A DNA stretch of 64,000 bases from the NCBI GenBank assembly GCA_054600435.1, contig BAAIJX010000017.1, positions 1 through 64,000 of the forward strand. The letters are read 5' to 3'. Within the stretch, counting starts at the first letter, position 1; the number at the start of each line of letters is the position of its first letter. The DNA comes from Neophaeotheca triangularis (taxonomy: Eukaryota). Under the pieces are notes generated by a model. That model searched no databases and was not told where the DNA came from. It saw nothing but the letters and a program-made list of their open reading frames with translations. Below, one piece after another: positions 20,261 to 32,681 of this stretch. The translations under genes were made by a program, and so were the position numbers.

Positions 20261-23200
20261 CTAATTGCCGCCGCCATTTGTCAAAGCCTGCGTCTGCTGC
20301 ACCTCGGCGGCAACCTGGCTCTGCAATTGCGCTTGCTGCTGGGCCTGCTGTTGCTGCTCGAGCTGGATCTGGTCGGCGCGCTCAAAAGCTGCTTTGATGA
20401 CTTGTTGCTCTTCCGGGCCGAGGCCTGCGGTGATGGAGGCGTATAGTTGAGGTTCGCCTTGGTTGAGAGCTGCGAGTTGTTGTTAGTTGGGTGTGGGCCT
20501 TTATGTATAGATGCAGGAAAAATCAAGAGGGCAAGGGAGAGTGACGAATGGTTGAGGGTGCGGTAACTTACCTCCAAGCGTTGTCTTGAAAAGCCCATAC
20601 GGCTCCATGCGATCCAGCGGAGTCTCGAGTAGGCTCTCCTCTTCCAAATCATCGTCACCTTCGTCTTCGCCAACAGCGGTGTTGAACTTGGAAGCCTGCT
20701 GGGACAAGAAATCAAGATACGCCGTGCTCTCGTCCTTGACATCTGCCGTCTCACCCTCTTCCTCGCCCTCCCAGTCTTCCGCCCCCTCCCATTCGTCGCC
20801 GTCGTCGTCATCGTCGAAAGTGTCTTCGTCGTCGTCAATGCCGAAGTCATCTTCCTTTTGGGCTTCCTCGCGGTTCTTGAGAGCTGCTGGAAGGGTCTGG
20901 AAGAGGCGCACAATACCTTGCAGCAGTCTCGGCCAACCCTGTTGCACGCTGTGAGGCACTTCGTCGGCACGCAAAGTGAGGAGAGCGGTGATGGCACCGA
21001 TGGAGAGCTTCTTGTCGTGCACACGCGTAAAGGAGTCGATACTTGAGAACCACATGGAGAAGAATTTGTTGGTCCAGCCATTAGCTTCGAGGACGTTGAG
21101 GGCGAGGCGTGGGTTGTAATAAATGGCATTGATAACCATCTCCATTAAATGAATGCGGTAGGATTTGACTTTGAGGTCGTCGTTTGTGAGAATGTTCATG
21201 GCGAGCTGGATGAATTCGGGTACGTAGTCGTCAATACCGTCGCGCAGATTTAGCATGAGAATCTCAGCTAGCTTGCAACCGCAGATGCGGTCAACCCCGC
21301 CAACCTTCTCGTCGCGGAAGATTGTCCGGACCATGTCGACCGTGGCGTCGAGGTATTGTCGGTTCTGCATCAAAGTTTGGTGGCCGTAGTTGACGAAGTT
21401 CTCAAGAGCGGGGAGCATATCCTCGAGGTAGAGCTCGGCACCAGACTTGAAGGTCCTATGGATGAGTTCAAAGGCCTGCCACATTGTGGGCGAGATCGTC
21501 TTGGCGGAGAAAGTGCACGAGTCGATAATCTCAAAGACCTCGTTGTACAGATCGTAAAGCTTGTGTTCGAGAGTAATGGTGATGACAGGCATGAGGATAA
21601 TTTCGAGATGAACCAGAACGTCCGGCGTGCTTTCGAGCGTCAAGATGAGCGTGCCGATGGTCTGCAAAACACCAAGTGCAGTGATGCTCTTGTCATCCAA
21701 GAAGTCGCCGTAGTTATCGTCGCCTTCTTTTGTCCCGTTGCGCTCGATTAGCTCCCTGACGATCCTCACGTACGTGTCTCGCAGCTGCTCGCTAAGCGCA
21801 TACGCAAAAGGCGTCAGTTCTGCAGCGAAGATCTCGACGAACTCTTCCATTACGTTCGCCAGTGCGTCAACGTCAACCTCGTTCGCTAATTTGAGTAGCT
21901 GCTGCATGATTTGCGGGATGTTCTGCTGCATCATCGTGCGGATGGGGTCATGTCGTATCAAAGGTTGTAGAGCAAGGGCAGCCTCAACTCGTACAGGTAG
22001 ATCGCGGTCTGCCATGCACTCGAGGATATTCCGGTAAATAATGGTGAGGTTGTTGGGGTCTTTGAAGTCCAGCGCTTCGAACTTCTCCAGGGTATCGCAC
22101 GCTCGTGCCCGAAGGAAACCGTGTGGACTAGTAAATTCGGGGAAGACATGTCGCACGAAAAAGTACTCCACTTGGTCTGCGATTGGGCTCTTTTTCCCCA
22201 GTATGACGTTCGCCAGAGTACCAATCATGCGCAAGGCGCCCTCCTTCTCGCGAGGACTTTTCTGATCATCTGGCACAGCCTCGTATTTGTTGACGATATT
22301 GTTAACAAACGTCAGAATTTCGAAAGTCTGCTTCCTACGGGACTTGGTGAGAGTGACGAGGAAATTCGTGGCGGCAACGTCCGGGGCTGAGACCTCTTCG
22401 TAAAAGTTCAACTTGCGGTGGAGATACTCGGCTGGCTCCTCTTCGAATTGCTCAAGGTCCTCTTCGCTTTGGCACAGTACCGGGAAAATGAGGTGCTCAA
22501 TCAGAATGGGCATGTGTGGCTTCAAGCAATCCCACATTGTTTTCGGCTTGACGCACTCATCCATGAACGACAGCGTGTTTGACAAGCAAGACTTGCTCAG
22601 CCATATTCTCTTGTGCACCCAAGCCTCAATCTGTTGCAGGTACCCCTTGAGAATCTCCGGCGCAAAGTTATTCAAGAAAGACTTGGCAACCTCCGAGTAG
22701 TCCTCTGTGCTACTCTTTTGCAAACTTGCCGGGTTGCCGTACCTCACAAACAGTCGGTTGAGGTTAACGTACGCCCACTTCTTGCACTTCCACCAGTGAT
22801 TCAACTCCCTCTCGTCCAGATCGTCCATCATCGAATTCTCCGGAGGCTCCTTGGCAACTATCCTAAGGAAGAGCGTGCACCAGTCCACCATGGCCTGATG
22901 TGTGCGCAACTGCATGGGGAGCTCGAAATAGATGGCGTGTTTGTAGGATTTCAATACCGCTCTCAACATCTCCGCCGCTTCCAGGCTCGTCTCGTTCACC
23001 AGTTGATTGCCAATCGTCAACAGCTGCGGGAACATGGCTTCGACAATCTTGTCAAAGTCCCCACGGCTATCTCCCAGTTTGAACCGGTACGTCCTACAGA
23101 TGGCCAGCAAACACTGCACACCCGCAAACACCGACTGCATGTCCCCACCGTTCAGCAGCTTCATGGTAATGTCCCCAAACTCGGGCCATTGTTTCGGGAA

Positions 23201-23759
23201 ATCGCTGTGGAGGATCTTTTGGAGAGTGACGATAAGTTGGGTTCGAGCATTGGGCGGCGAAGTCGCGATGACTGGTACGAGCCTTGCGCGGACGGCAACC
23301 TTTTCCTGCTCGCTAATTTGGGAGGTTCCGGTGGTATCCTCACCCTTTTGCCATCCTTTTGTGACGCGGTTCTTAAAGTAGACAACGGCTAGACAGTACA
23401 CGTCAGCCAACTTTTCCACATCCGCATAGACGTTGCAAAGATGGCAGCAAGGCCTGAGGCTGAAGGAGCCACTTACTCGATAACCTGACGCCCTGGTCCT
23501 GCTCAGCCTCGAGAATGTTCAGCAGCGCATCCGAGAACCCCGGGTTCTCCTCAGCCTACAGCTTCAAGTCAGCACAAAGATAACCAAAGCCCACACACCC
23601 GCCTTCGCGCCGTGTCCATCCTTTTTCCTTGCTCTTTCCGGTCTCGTTTGGAGGTATGGTATGACCCACCTGCTTCAGTTCAATCTCAGCCTGCCGGCGA
23701 ACATCCGCATTCGCGTCGAGAGTGGCTTGAATGCGGCTCCGTAGCCCGGCAGCATCCAT
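20261..23759 (-). CDS. NMD5: Importin-7/8-family karyopherin (Nmd5/Sxm1-like)
   Basis: Exons 23759-23670, 23555-23477, 23388-20572 and 20469-20261. IBN_N start MDAAGLRSRIQATLDANADVRRQAE, WWKCKKWAYVNLNRLFVRYG, HEAT repeats and an acidic C-terminal loop. Confidence 0.92.
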
Positions 23760-23916
23760 GTTTGCGCGCGCGGTCCGGAGCTCGCCAGGATATGGTGGTG
23801 AAAGTCGGTATCAGCGGGGGCGGACGGTGTGGTCGGTAGGTAGAAATGGTATGGCGTATTCGGCAAAGGGTTCGGGAGGTCTATTTGGTGGATGTCGAGG
23901 GAGGAGGTGTGTTGTA

Positions 23917-23946
23917 GTGGTGGTGGTGGTGGTGGTGGTGGTGGTG
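23917..23946. repeat. (GTG)n microsatellite upstream of NMD5
   Basis: About 10 GTG units visible directly. Confidence 0.9.
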
Positions 23947-24322
23947 AAAGGCAAGGTATGGAACATGTCAGGGAAAGGCCGGAGTAGTAGCGCAAGAAAG
24001 AGTTTCTTCTAGAAGGCCAGCAGCTTTCTGTTTCAGCCAAGCCTTGGTTAAGTCGACACCTGAAAGACACACAGTTCCCTCTCACAGTAATAGCACACTC
24101 GATGAGTACAAAGACAGAGCGAGGCTTGTGGGCGTGTACAAGAGTCAGACGAGAATCGATAACGATAATAAATAAATATTTCTCCGACTGTGTTTGGATG
24201 GTGGGGGAGATTTTGGACGTCTTGTGGACGAGAGTCAGTCAACACCTCACTCACTACTGCTACCCGTGGACTACTTTTATCTATCTCAGACGCGGAAAGG
24301 CGCGTTCCTTAGCGAGCCGAGC

Positions 24323-24323
24323 C

Positions 24324-24360
<37 letters not shown>

Positions 24361-24369
24361 TGATTGATT
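24323..24369. repeat. (TGAT)n microsatellite
   Basis: About 11 TGAT units with a single 1-nt interruption, between NMD5 and the 3' end of SKI2. Confidence 0.92.
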
Positions 24370-24599
24370 GGCCTTACCTAACCACGACCACTTCACCGTG
24401 CAACAATACGCCAATAACACCCAAGAAAGAGGGGTCAGACGAAGTTGCATATACCACTTGTCATCGATCAAAGTATCATGTTATTCGCATTTCAAAGGAT
24501 AACCCGCGAGTACGGAATCGCTCGGCGTTGGGCAAGCTGGTAACCCACGCCTCCCCGAAGCCTCCTCTCAACTGTTCTCCCCCCTCCCATTTTCCCCTC

Positions 24600-27500
24600 C
24601 TACATGTACAAACTGGCAGTCGCACAAATGTCCCTCTTAATCATCTCCTGACAAATCTGCATCTTCGCAAACAAGCTAGGATCACCGATGATTCTCGCCG
24701 CATTCCTGACCTCCCTACAAGTCTCGTCCAACCTCGTGATAACCCTGACAATGGTCCCCTCCAACACATCCGTCAGCTCAGTAATGCGGCTGAAAGGCAT
24801 GCCCCTCGCCCACTCGTACACGACTTCCACGAGCTGGAAGCGTGGCTTGGAGACAAAGTCGTTGCTATCGTCCGCACTGAGGATGACTTGGTGCAGCGTC
24901 TGGTAGTGGTTGACTTTCTCGGAGATGGCGACGATAGTATCGCGACCACGTTCGAGAGCGGGCGTCATGGTGGGCTCGGTGTCGGATTTTTCTTGGAAGA
25001 CGAAGCAGCTCAGCAGCGCGGCGATTTCCTCGGGCTCGTAATCGGCTAGCACGTTTTCCAAGACCAGTTCCGTGAGCACGAGTTCGTCCGCGCTGTGTAT
25101 TTCGCATGCGACTTTGCCTTTGAGCTCGACGCGGGTCTGAGCGTCGATGAAGCCGAGATCTTTGAGTACGGAAATGCGTTGCTGGTAGTCGGGGAGGAGC
25201 TGCAGGTTTTGGTCGGACATTAGGCCGCGCAGGGAGGCAATCTTGTCTTTGATTACCCAGAGGTCGTGTTCCATTGCAAAATGCTTGGGGAAGGTCGGGC
25301 AGTGGATGCAGTCTTTGTTTTGAGCGGTTGTTGCCGCTTTGCTGCGGGCGTCGAGGATGTTACGGATCGATAGCTCCTTGAGGAATTTGTAGTAGTCGAG
25401 CTCGTTCCAGGTGGAAGATGTCCAGGATGAGCAGGTTGCTAGCAGTTCTTTTCTGGCAACTGCCATGGCTTCGGGATCTTTGCGTTGGATGGCGCTGACA
25501 TCGACTTGGACGTGCGAGGATGTCAGCGCTTCGATGTCCTCCAACGGCACCATCGATAGGCGTAGATGCATGTGGCCTTCAATCTGGGGCATGTCAACAA
25601 AGCGCCTCCGGAATCGTGGCAAGTAGGGTAAGAAGTCCGCATCTTGTCTAGATCTCTGCTTGCTGTACATGACCTCCAGCACAGATACGTTCGGTACGGA
25701 ACCTCGAGTGACGCCCTCCCGGAGAATGATACCGGCAGTCCGAATGTCGTTCTTCCCCCTGAAAACGACAAGACGCTTCGGCTGGAACATGCGCCTACCT
25801 ACGGGAGTGCCCAGCATAGCCACATGCAACTCCGCTGTAAGCTGCTGGAAATCCATACTCGCTTGATGGCAAGCCTCAATGTCCTTGTCGCAAGTGTCAC
25901 ACTGTTCGCGCTGCACCTTGTCAAGGTCAGCTTCGGAGACCTGTATCTGCTTCTCGTGCTCTGGCAGCAACGCTTGGGTAGCATTCTCGGAGAACGACCG
26001 CTTGATCATCTCCTCGATCTTGAGGGCTTCCACACGTAGCAAGTTCAAGATCATATTGTACGTCAGTCTAAATTGTGAACGCAACTTTGTGGGATCTCCA
26101 AGCATCATTTGCTTTAGGCGACCAGCAGGCGGCGCTTCATCCGAGCCAGTGTGGACAATGATAACGGAGCCGACCGAATCCAGACCACGACGACCAGCGC
26201 GTCCGGCCATCTGTGTGTATTCGCCAGGCAGGAGGTCGCGGAACGACTTGCCGTCGTGTTTGCGGAAGCCAGAGAAAACGACGGTCCGTGTCGGCAAGTT
26301 GAGACCCATAGCGAATGTTTCAGTGGCAAAGAGAACCTTCACCAGAGTCTTCGCGAACAATATCTCCACGCACTCCTTGACAATAGGCAGCATGCCACCA
26401 TGGTGGACCGCAATACCCCTATTGAGGAGCTCTCGAGTTCTACGAATCTGCGGCAAATCTCGGTCATCAGGCTTCAGACGAGCAAGCGACTTTTCCAGAA
26501 TCATGTGTATGGCACTCTTCTCGCTTGCCGTGCAAAAGTCTTGGTTCGAAAGCGCGTCTGCATTTTCCTCGCAGCGCTTCTTGGAGAAGACAAAGATGCA
26601 GCAAGGCAACAGTTCTTCCTTCTTCAGATGCTGCACAAGGTGAACCCAGATGTTGCGGTCTTGGGCTGCGCTTGTTCTCCCGCCGCCTCTTCCTGTACGC
26701 GCGATGTTACCCTGACCGCGCTGAGCAGGAGCGCCACGACCTCTCTGCTGTGGGCCACCTCGCTGGTTGCCACCCCTACCACCGCGTTGCTGCTGGCCAC
26801 CTCTGCCTTGCGGACCTCCTCTCACACCGCCACGACCACCTCGGCCGGCGGCAGCAGCTGCCTCTTCCTTCTCGGCGGCTTTTTTCTCTGCTTCAATCTG
26901 CTTGTCTTTGCCGGTCATGGCATCGTTGGCATCCTTCCATCCCTTTTCGAGGAACTTTCTGTTCGCATCCACAATCTTGAAAAGCTTCTTGTCGGCCCAC
27001 AGGTAGTGCTCCAGAGGTACGGGGCGCTTGGTAGTCGATATGACGTAGATGTTCTTCTTTTTCGTCCTTCCGACCCAGCTCGCAAACTCGTGCGTGTTGG
27101 GGACCGTGGCGGAGAGCAAGATCAGCGTGACATGCTCCGGCAACATGATAATGACTTCTTCCCAGACAACACCACGCTCGAGATCGTTTACGTAGTGCAC
27201 TTCATCGAATATGACGAACTCGACGTCTCTGATCAAGTCGGCACCACGGTACAGCATACTTCGTAGAATCTCCGTCGTCATGATGAGACAGCTCGCTTCG
27301 GGTCGAATTTGCACGTCACCAGTGAGAATGCCGACATCGTCAAATTCGTTCCTGAAATCCCTGAACTTTTGGTTGCTGAGAGCTTTGATGGGCGAAGTGT
27401 ATATAGCCTTGGTCATATGCTTGGCCGCAAGTGCAATGGCATATTCCGCAACGACTGTTTTACCGGCAGAAGTATGCGCAGCAACAAAGACCGAGTCGCC

Positions 27501-28478
27501 GTTCTCCAGATGATAGATCGCTTCCTTCTGAAAGGTGTCCGGTTCGAAAGGCCAGGTCCTCGCCATCTCCGGAACAAGCTCGTGGAAGTTAGTAATGTCT
27601 CGATTGACGTCGACCATGTGCGCCCATTCCCGTCCGCCGTGCTTGTTACGCGACATCGCAAGCGGGCCATGGGGCGCCAGCGCCGGAAACTCGACCGGCA
27701 AAAGCTCATCCAGCTCCTCTTCGCCCTCATCTTCCCGCTCCTCCTCCGCCACAGCCGCATTGACTGTCTCGCCAGCCCCATCAACCTCGCCACTCCTCTC
27801 TGCCGGCTCCTCTTCAAGCACGCCTTGCACCTCATCCGCCACCTCCTTTTCGCCGCCCTCCTTCACGCTCTCCCTCAAACCCCGCTCAAAACCCGGCGGC
27901 ACCTCCAGCAATCCCCCTTCGGCAGCAAAATCGATCACCCTCCCCAACCCCTTCCCCTTCACAGTCCCATCCCTCTGCTCGATAACCTCATCCTCCACAG
28001 CCGCAGTCGCCTCGACCCCTTCCAACCCCCCAGGCGCAAAAGGCATAAACCCAGCCTTGCCACGAACAAAATCGGCGCGATTGGCAGGTTTCCTGAGCAA
28101 AGAAGTCGAGTTCTTGGCCGTAGCACTGTTAGCCGGAACGGTAACTTCGCGGTAGCCGGTGACTCTGCCTTCTAAGCCTTCACGGTTGAAGCGGATGATG
28201 GTGCGGGTCTGCGTGGGCGCGAGGGTGAAGAGCTCGGCATGGTTTGTGGGCGCTTCCCAGCGGGTTTGCAGACGGTTGAGCCAGGTTGACGAAAAGGAGG
28301 TTTGCGGCGTTAGGGAAGTTTCCTCTAAGTGTTGTTTTGCGTCTTTGGGTGTTTGGGCGCTTTTTTGCCGCTTGCGTGGCAAAGTTTGGTTGGAGTCGAG
28401 GAGACTGTCGATATCGAGTTCTGAGGAGTCGGCTGCGAGGTGCAGTTTCTCTATTGCTTGAGTAAGCGAGTCTGCCAT
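24600..28478 (-). CDS. SKI2: Ski2 DExH RNA helicase (SKI complex)
   Basis: Likely ATG at 28478 (MADSLTQ). AHTSAGKT, YTSPIKALSNQK, DEVH, SAT, QMAGRAGRRG and DSHCT C-terminus (EGTIVR...RDICATASLY); Ski2_N region and an RG-rich insert. Confidence 0.96.
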   Translation of the reverse strand: MADSLTQAIEKLHLAADSSELDIDSLLDSNQTLPRKRQKSAQTPKDAKQHLEETSLTPQTSFSSTWLNRLQTRWEAPTNHAELFTLAPTQTRTIIRFNREGLEGRVTGYREVTVPANSATAKNSTSLLRKPANRADFVRGKAGFMPFAPGGLEGVEATAAVEDEVIEQRDGTVKGKGLGRVIDFAAEGGLLEVPPGFERGLRESVKEGGEKEVADEVQGVLEEEPAERSGEVDGAGETVNAAVAEEEREDEGEEELDELLPVEFPALAPHGPLAMSRNKHGGREWAHMVDVNRDITNFHELVPEMARTWPFEPDTFQKEAIYHLENGDSVFVAAHTSAGKTVVAEYAIALAAKHMTKAIYTSPIKALSNQKFRDFRNEFDDVGILTGDVQIRPEASCLIMTTEILRSMLYRGADLIRDVEFVIFDEVHYVNDLERGVVWEEVIIMLPEHVTLILLSATVPNTHEFASWVGRTKKKNIYVISTTKRPVPLEHYLWADKKLFKIVDANRKFLEKGWKDANDAMTGKDKQIEAEKKAAEKEEAAAAAGRGGRGGVRGGPQGRGGQQQRGGRGGNQRGGPQQRGRGAPAQRGQGNIARTGRGGGRTSAAQDRNIWVHLVQHLKKEELLPCCIFVFSKKRCEENADALSNQDFCTASEKSAIHMILEKSLARLKPDDRDLPQIRRTRELLNRGIAVHHGGMLPIVKECVEILFAKTLVKVLFATETFAMGLNLPTRTVVFSGFRKHDGKSFRDLLPGEYTQMAGRAGRRGLDSVGSVIIVHTGSDEAPPAGRLKQMMLGDPTKLRSQFRLTYNMILNLLRVEALKIEEMIKRSFSENATQALLPEHEKQIQVSEADLDKVQREQCDTCDKDIEACHQASMDFQQLTAELHVAMLGTPVGRRMFQPKRLVVFRGKNDIRTAGIILREGVTRGSVPNVSVLEVMYSKQRSRQDADFLPYLPRFRRRFVDMPQIEGHMHLRLSMVPLEDIEALTSSHVQVDVSAIQRKDPEAMAVARKELLATCSSWTSSTWNELDYYKFLKELSIRNILDARSKAATTAQNKDCIHCPTFPKHFAMEHDLWVIKDKIASLRGLMSDQNLQLLPDYQQRISVLKDLGFIDAQTRVELKGKVACEIHSADELVLTELVLENVLADYEPEEIAALLSCFVFQEKSDTEPTMTPALERGRDTIVAISEKVNHYQTLHQVILSADDSNDFVSKPRFQLVEVVYEWARGMPFSRITELTDVLEGTIVRVITRLDETCREVRNAARIIGDPSLFAKMQICQEMIKRDICATASLYM

Positions 28479-28909
28479 GCTGGTGGCCTTGCTCGCTACT
28501 ATTGCTATGATCCGGTGTTCAACAGCGACTGAACCTCCACTTGGAAGTGCAGGTGGGCAAACGAATTGAGGTGTCATCAAGCAAGCGGAGCATCTAAGGG
28601 TCAGGGTTGCACATCGGCCATTCACTCCCCGTACACTGCACGAACAGCAGGAACGTATGACCGCAGCGACGTGGACAGTTCTTTGGCTGCAGAGTAGCTC
28701 ATACTGCCAGTCACAAAGCTGAAGGCACAAGAAACGATCAAGACAGAAAAGGGCAACTTTGCAAAGGTCGTAGGGCTTTTCGTAGGCTGTTTGAATCCCC
28801 AACTCCTTGCTATCGATATCCGTCAAGAAAACACACCACCTCCTCGGAATGGCAGCCGTGTCTAGGTGTCATGCCCCAGATGAATTCAGTCAAATCAACC
28901 GCATTCTCC

Positions 28910-31183
28910 CTAAAGCTCCTTCTTATCCTCCCTCGACTCCTTCTCATCCGGCAACGCCCTCTCAATCAGCCCCTTACCCACCATAGCCGATTCGCGCCAA
29001 TTGCGCTGTCTTAGCCAGAACTTCTCCTCGGATCGCGCAGTCCGCAGACTTCCCTGCCTCGCCTCCTCTTCAAGACTAGTCCTGTTAATGGTCTCGGCCT
29101 TCTCCGAAATTGGTGGCAGTCTAGAAGTCTGATCAAGACTCTCCTCAAAGTATCTCTGACGCACGAGGAACTTCTCGCGACGCTCCTTGCGTTTGCTGGG
29201 GGAGTCGATCTTACTGATGGCTAGGGATACAATCCAGCGGACTAGGAGGTAAATGTGCTCGCCGAAGAACATGCTGAGCAGTAGACCCCAGGCTTTGATA
29301 TCGTAGGGACTGCCGTCAGGACCAAGCCCGTCGTTGGAGAAGAGGTAGACGAGCGCAGCCATGGTTAAGCTACCCATCCAGCTGAGCAGGCTGAGAGAGT
29401 CGAGCCACGGTCCGATGGTGTCGGCGCGCCAGGGCGTAGGTCTCTGCATCTCAACGCAGATTTTGACAGCATCCGCGCGCAGCTCGACCCAGTTATTGAT
29501 CAAGAAACTAACAGGAACCAAGGGCCAGATGACGGAGAACATGCTCAGGTAGCCGAACTGAATCACCATCTCCCTGAAGTCGGTGGTCACATCGTAGACA
29601 TCCAACTCCGCCTCGCCTCGAACGCGGGTCAAGAAGTTCTTCTCCTCGGGCGCATCCTCGATACCGGGGTCTGGTCTTGTACCGCCTGCTTTGGCAGCTC
29701 GTTCGCTTTGCATTTGCTTGTATTTGATAAAGCCCTGGCGTTTGAGGTAGGGGACAATGACCTCCATGGCGAAGCTAACGAGTTGCGCGGTAACAGTGAA
29801 GTAGATGACTTGCTTGCGTAGGCGATTTGGATCAATGTGGAAGTGGTAAAAATCGGGTGTTTCCATCTCTTTCTCGTTGTCGGCAAACGGACGGACCGTA
29901 AGGTCAAAGACATCGAGGTATGGGACGATGAGCGCGCCAAAGGGAAGATACACGAAAGCCGTCAGGAAGATAGGCAAGTATGAGGTGATGAAGTTGAGCA
30001 CAAAGATCTTTCGCGTCATGCTGCGCTCGTATTGCGACTCAGTCTCGTAATTTTCGTAGTCGGAAAGTTTCGTGGCCGCTTTGGTGAGGATGCTTGACAG
30101 GACTGGCATGAATGTCGTGAGGATGATTGTGGGAAGGTAGACGAGGACAAATTGAAAGGGTCCATCGTAGACTTCGCGGATAAAAATCTCAATCGCGAAG
30201 CAGACAGCGATCAGGGTCCCGAGCACGACAGCAGCTGCCAGAGCAAAGGGGATTTGTAGAAGCTGGCGTTGCAATCGCTTTGTCGCCGGAAAGATCTGTT
30301 CTTTCTGTCCAGTCACCGGATCGGTCGTCTCGAACTCGTGTCTGTACTCCAAGCGCTTGTTCTCAATATTGCTGACGCCCTTAACGTTCCAGCGTACCGC
30401 AAGATCCTCCTCTTGATGTTTCCAGTACTCGACGAACACAACGCTCCACAGGGAGGCGGGAATAGCGAACAGGATGCTGAAGCCACCAAGCAGGAGCCAA
30501 GACAGAAGCCCCAAAGCAGCCGGAAAGAGGAGGAAGGTGAAATAGGATTGGGTGAAGGCGAAGTAGAAGGCAATCTTCTCGCCCAACCTGTCCCTGATTT
30601 CGTCCAGATCCTCGGGTTTCAGCAAATATTGCGAGCTCCACTTCTTGATCCAAGCCTTGTTGTAGTTGTGATCGTGCAGCGCAAACACGCTCTCGACATT
30701 CTCCCATTGCCCCTTCTTCGGCGTGATGCCCGCTCCACCCTCTTTGACCGGGTTTGTGATGAGCTGGTATATCATGCGCAAGCGCTCGGCCTGGCTAAGA
30801 GGTTCTGCCTCGAGTGATTTTTTCGTTTCCTTGGCTGGTTCCGCAGAGCGTACGCCATTGATCCAATCCTGGACTCTACTTCGATAGATCTCGCCGAAGA
30901 AGTGAAGCTCGCTGGCGACTTTGCAGAAGACCAAGAGGGCATGATTGTCGCCATTGCGGACCTCAGTCGCGAGACCAACATTCGCAAGAGCTTCGAGTAG
31001 TTTGTCGAAGCGCTCTGCGGCTTTGGGCTTGTCTGACGGCGATTGTATTGTTAGCTGGAGCTCAATCGCAGCGGGAAGCGAACGTGAATACGTACCGGTC
31101 GTTGCGAAGCGGAAGACCACGACGTAGTCAACGTCCATGTTGGAGCCCAGGGCCTTGGTACGGGCCGGAGAGGAGGCCGCCAT
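28910..31183 (-). CDS. IST2: Anoctamin/TMEM16 scramblase-channel (Ist2-like)
   Basis: Likely ATG at 31183, with a probable 63-nt intron at 31095-31033. GEKIAFYFAF, EMVIQFGY, NNWVELRAD and RADTIGPW motifs; multiple transmembrane segments. Confidence 0.92.
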   Translation of the reverse strand: MAASSPARTKALGSNMDVDYVVVFRFATTGTYSRSLPAAIELQLTIQSPSDKPKAAERFDKLLEALANVGLATEVRNGDNHALLVFCKVASELHFFGEIYRSRVQDWINGVRSAEPAKETKKSLEAEPLSQAERLRMIYQLITNPVKEGGAGITPKKGQWENVESVFALHDHNYNKAWIKKWSSQYLLKPEDLDEIRDRLGEKIAFYFAFTQSYFTFLLFPAALGLLSWLLLGGFSILFAIPASLWSVVFVEYWKHQEEDLAVRWNVKGVSNIENKRLEYRHEFETTDPVTGQKEQIFPATKRLQRQLLQIPFALAAAVVLGTLIAVCFAIEIFIREVYDGPFQFVLVYLPTIILTTFMPVLSSILTKAATKLSDYENYETESQYERSMTRKIFVLNFITSYLPIFLTAFVYLPFGALIVPYLDVFDLTVRPFADNEKEMETPDFYHFHIDPNRLRKQVIYFTVTAQLVSFAMEVIVPYLKRQGFIKYKQMQSERAAKAGGTRPDPGIEDAPEEKNFLTRVRGEAELDVYDVTTDFREMVIQFGYLSMFSVIWPLVPVSFLINNWVELRADAVKICVEMQRPTPWRADTIGPWLDSLSLLSWMGSLTMAALVYLFSNDGLGPDGSPYDIKAWGLLLSMFFGEHIYLLVRWIVSLAISKIDSPSKRKERREKFLVRQRYFEESLDQTSRLPPISEKAETINRTSLEEEARQGSLRTARSEEKFWLRQRNWRESAMVGKGLIERALPDEKESREDKKEL

Positions 31184-32681
31184 GAGATCTGGAGTGAGTT
31201 GGGACGCTACGAGGACTGAGAAGCTTCGAGGGAAGCGAGTCCTGCCCGGGGGGGTTTCAGAAGCCACAATTCTGGCTATTGCATGGGATGGGAAGAAGAG
31301 AGGGGAGACGACGGAGAAGAAGGCGAGGTAGGAGGCGGGCGCAGTAGTGAGAACCCAAGGGTTGGTTGGGTAGATACAGTACCTATACCCTAACTAGGTA
31401 CCTATTCGACAGTGGTGATGTCTACCTAATAATGTACTGTACAATGCTTGCTTCGTTTGTGTCGCGGGACGCAACCAAGGAAAGTGAAGCCCCTCCGACG
31501 TCACCTTGCAGGAGAAGCTCCCTCACCTGCAAGCCCACCTGGCTTAGCTTACCTTACCTAGGTAGGCACAGTAGGAGGCACCTCCAATTGCCTCCACACC
31601 TACCATGTAGGTACCTTACCTTCAATATTGATTGAAACAGTTGCCAATCTTCCATCAATGCTAGATAATCAAAGACCGGCCTTGAAGCTAGGCCATCGAT
31701 CGAGGTGAAGCCACTCGTGCAAGAGCACTGGTAAGTATGACCATTGCCGCTGTGACTACGAGCTCGAAGACGCACATCAAGAGGTATGATCTTTCAACGA
31801 TTTGACAGTGGTGCACTGGTTTTGCCAATCACACCGGATTCTCGCCGCTGTCCTGGTCCTCGAAACCCCTTACCATTCACAAGACAGAGCAACGCCGCTG
31901 CGCCCAGTATTCCACCTCTATACTTGCTGGAAATGTTCGCCGGGGAGAGTAGGAGAGACTGAAAGCTTGCTCGTTTCATCGATTTGCAGTGCGTCGAGGT
32001 CAAAGCATAAACATTGTGGGCTGGAATTGGAAGAGATCAATTCTTCATGCACGCGTTTGAAAATCTGCGGGATTGTGAACCAGATCATCCAATGCAACAG
32101 TAGAGATCGGAGACTTAGGTAGGGTATAGAAGCGGCGCGAACGTTTGAAAGTTTATGCGGTGCGACTTGAAATATCTGAAATATCGATTGTGAACAATGC
32201 TTGCTACCTTACCGAACAAAAGCGCCTGAGACCGAAGTGATGGTACTTGCGGCTAGGCTAGGAGTTGCCCGCTCTCACGAGGAACATGAGACTCGAGTAG
32301 AACGACGCAACAGGAGTGGTATCAACCGACCATCCGGCGGAGGTCGGTGACAAAAGCGAATCGCGGCTTGAGAGAATCAGGCGGAGGCGAGGCTCATTGA
32401 TCGAGGGTGACTCTTACAATGGAGCTCAATGGCACGAGCGAACCGCCGGGGCAGCATCAGCGGTAGAAATACATAAAACAATGGACGGCGTGGGCGAGCA
32501 TCCTGGCGGAAAGGCCTCAACCTCGCCGTCCTCTCCACCATCGCAAAGTAACACCTCAAACGCCTCGCTTCAACAAAGTACAGATTATCCAGCCCCACAA
32601 CCTGTAGCAGGGCCTCCTCGACACTGCCCTCCCAACGCAAACTAGCCCCAGCTCCTCCATCCTACAAGCCCCCTAACCAAT

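Noticed and set aside
22613..28175. Long antisense ORFs over NMD5 and SKI2 (likewise over VIP1, DUF4078 and the cyclase)
   Set aside because: Shadow ORFs expected from GC-rich codon usage; no recognisable domains.
28479..28826. 116-aa N-terminal extension of SKI2 in the ORF track
   Set aside because: Starts at TTG with non-protein-like sequence; ATG at 28478 is the plausible start.
31400..32650. Gene between IST2 and SEC11
   Set aside because: Only short ORFs with non-ATG starts and no motifs; no coherent exon chain could be built.
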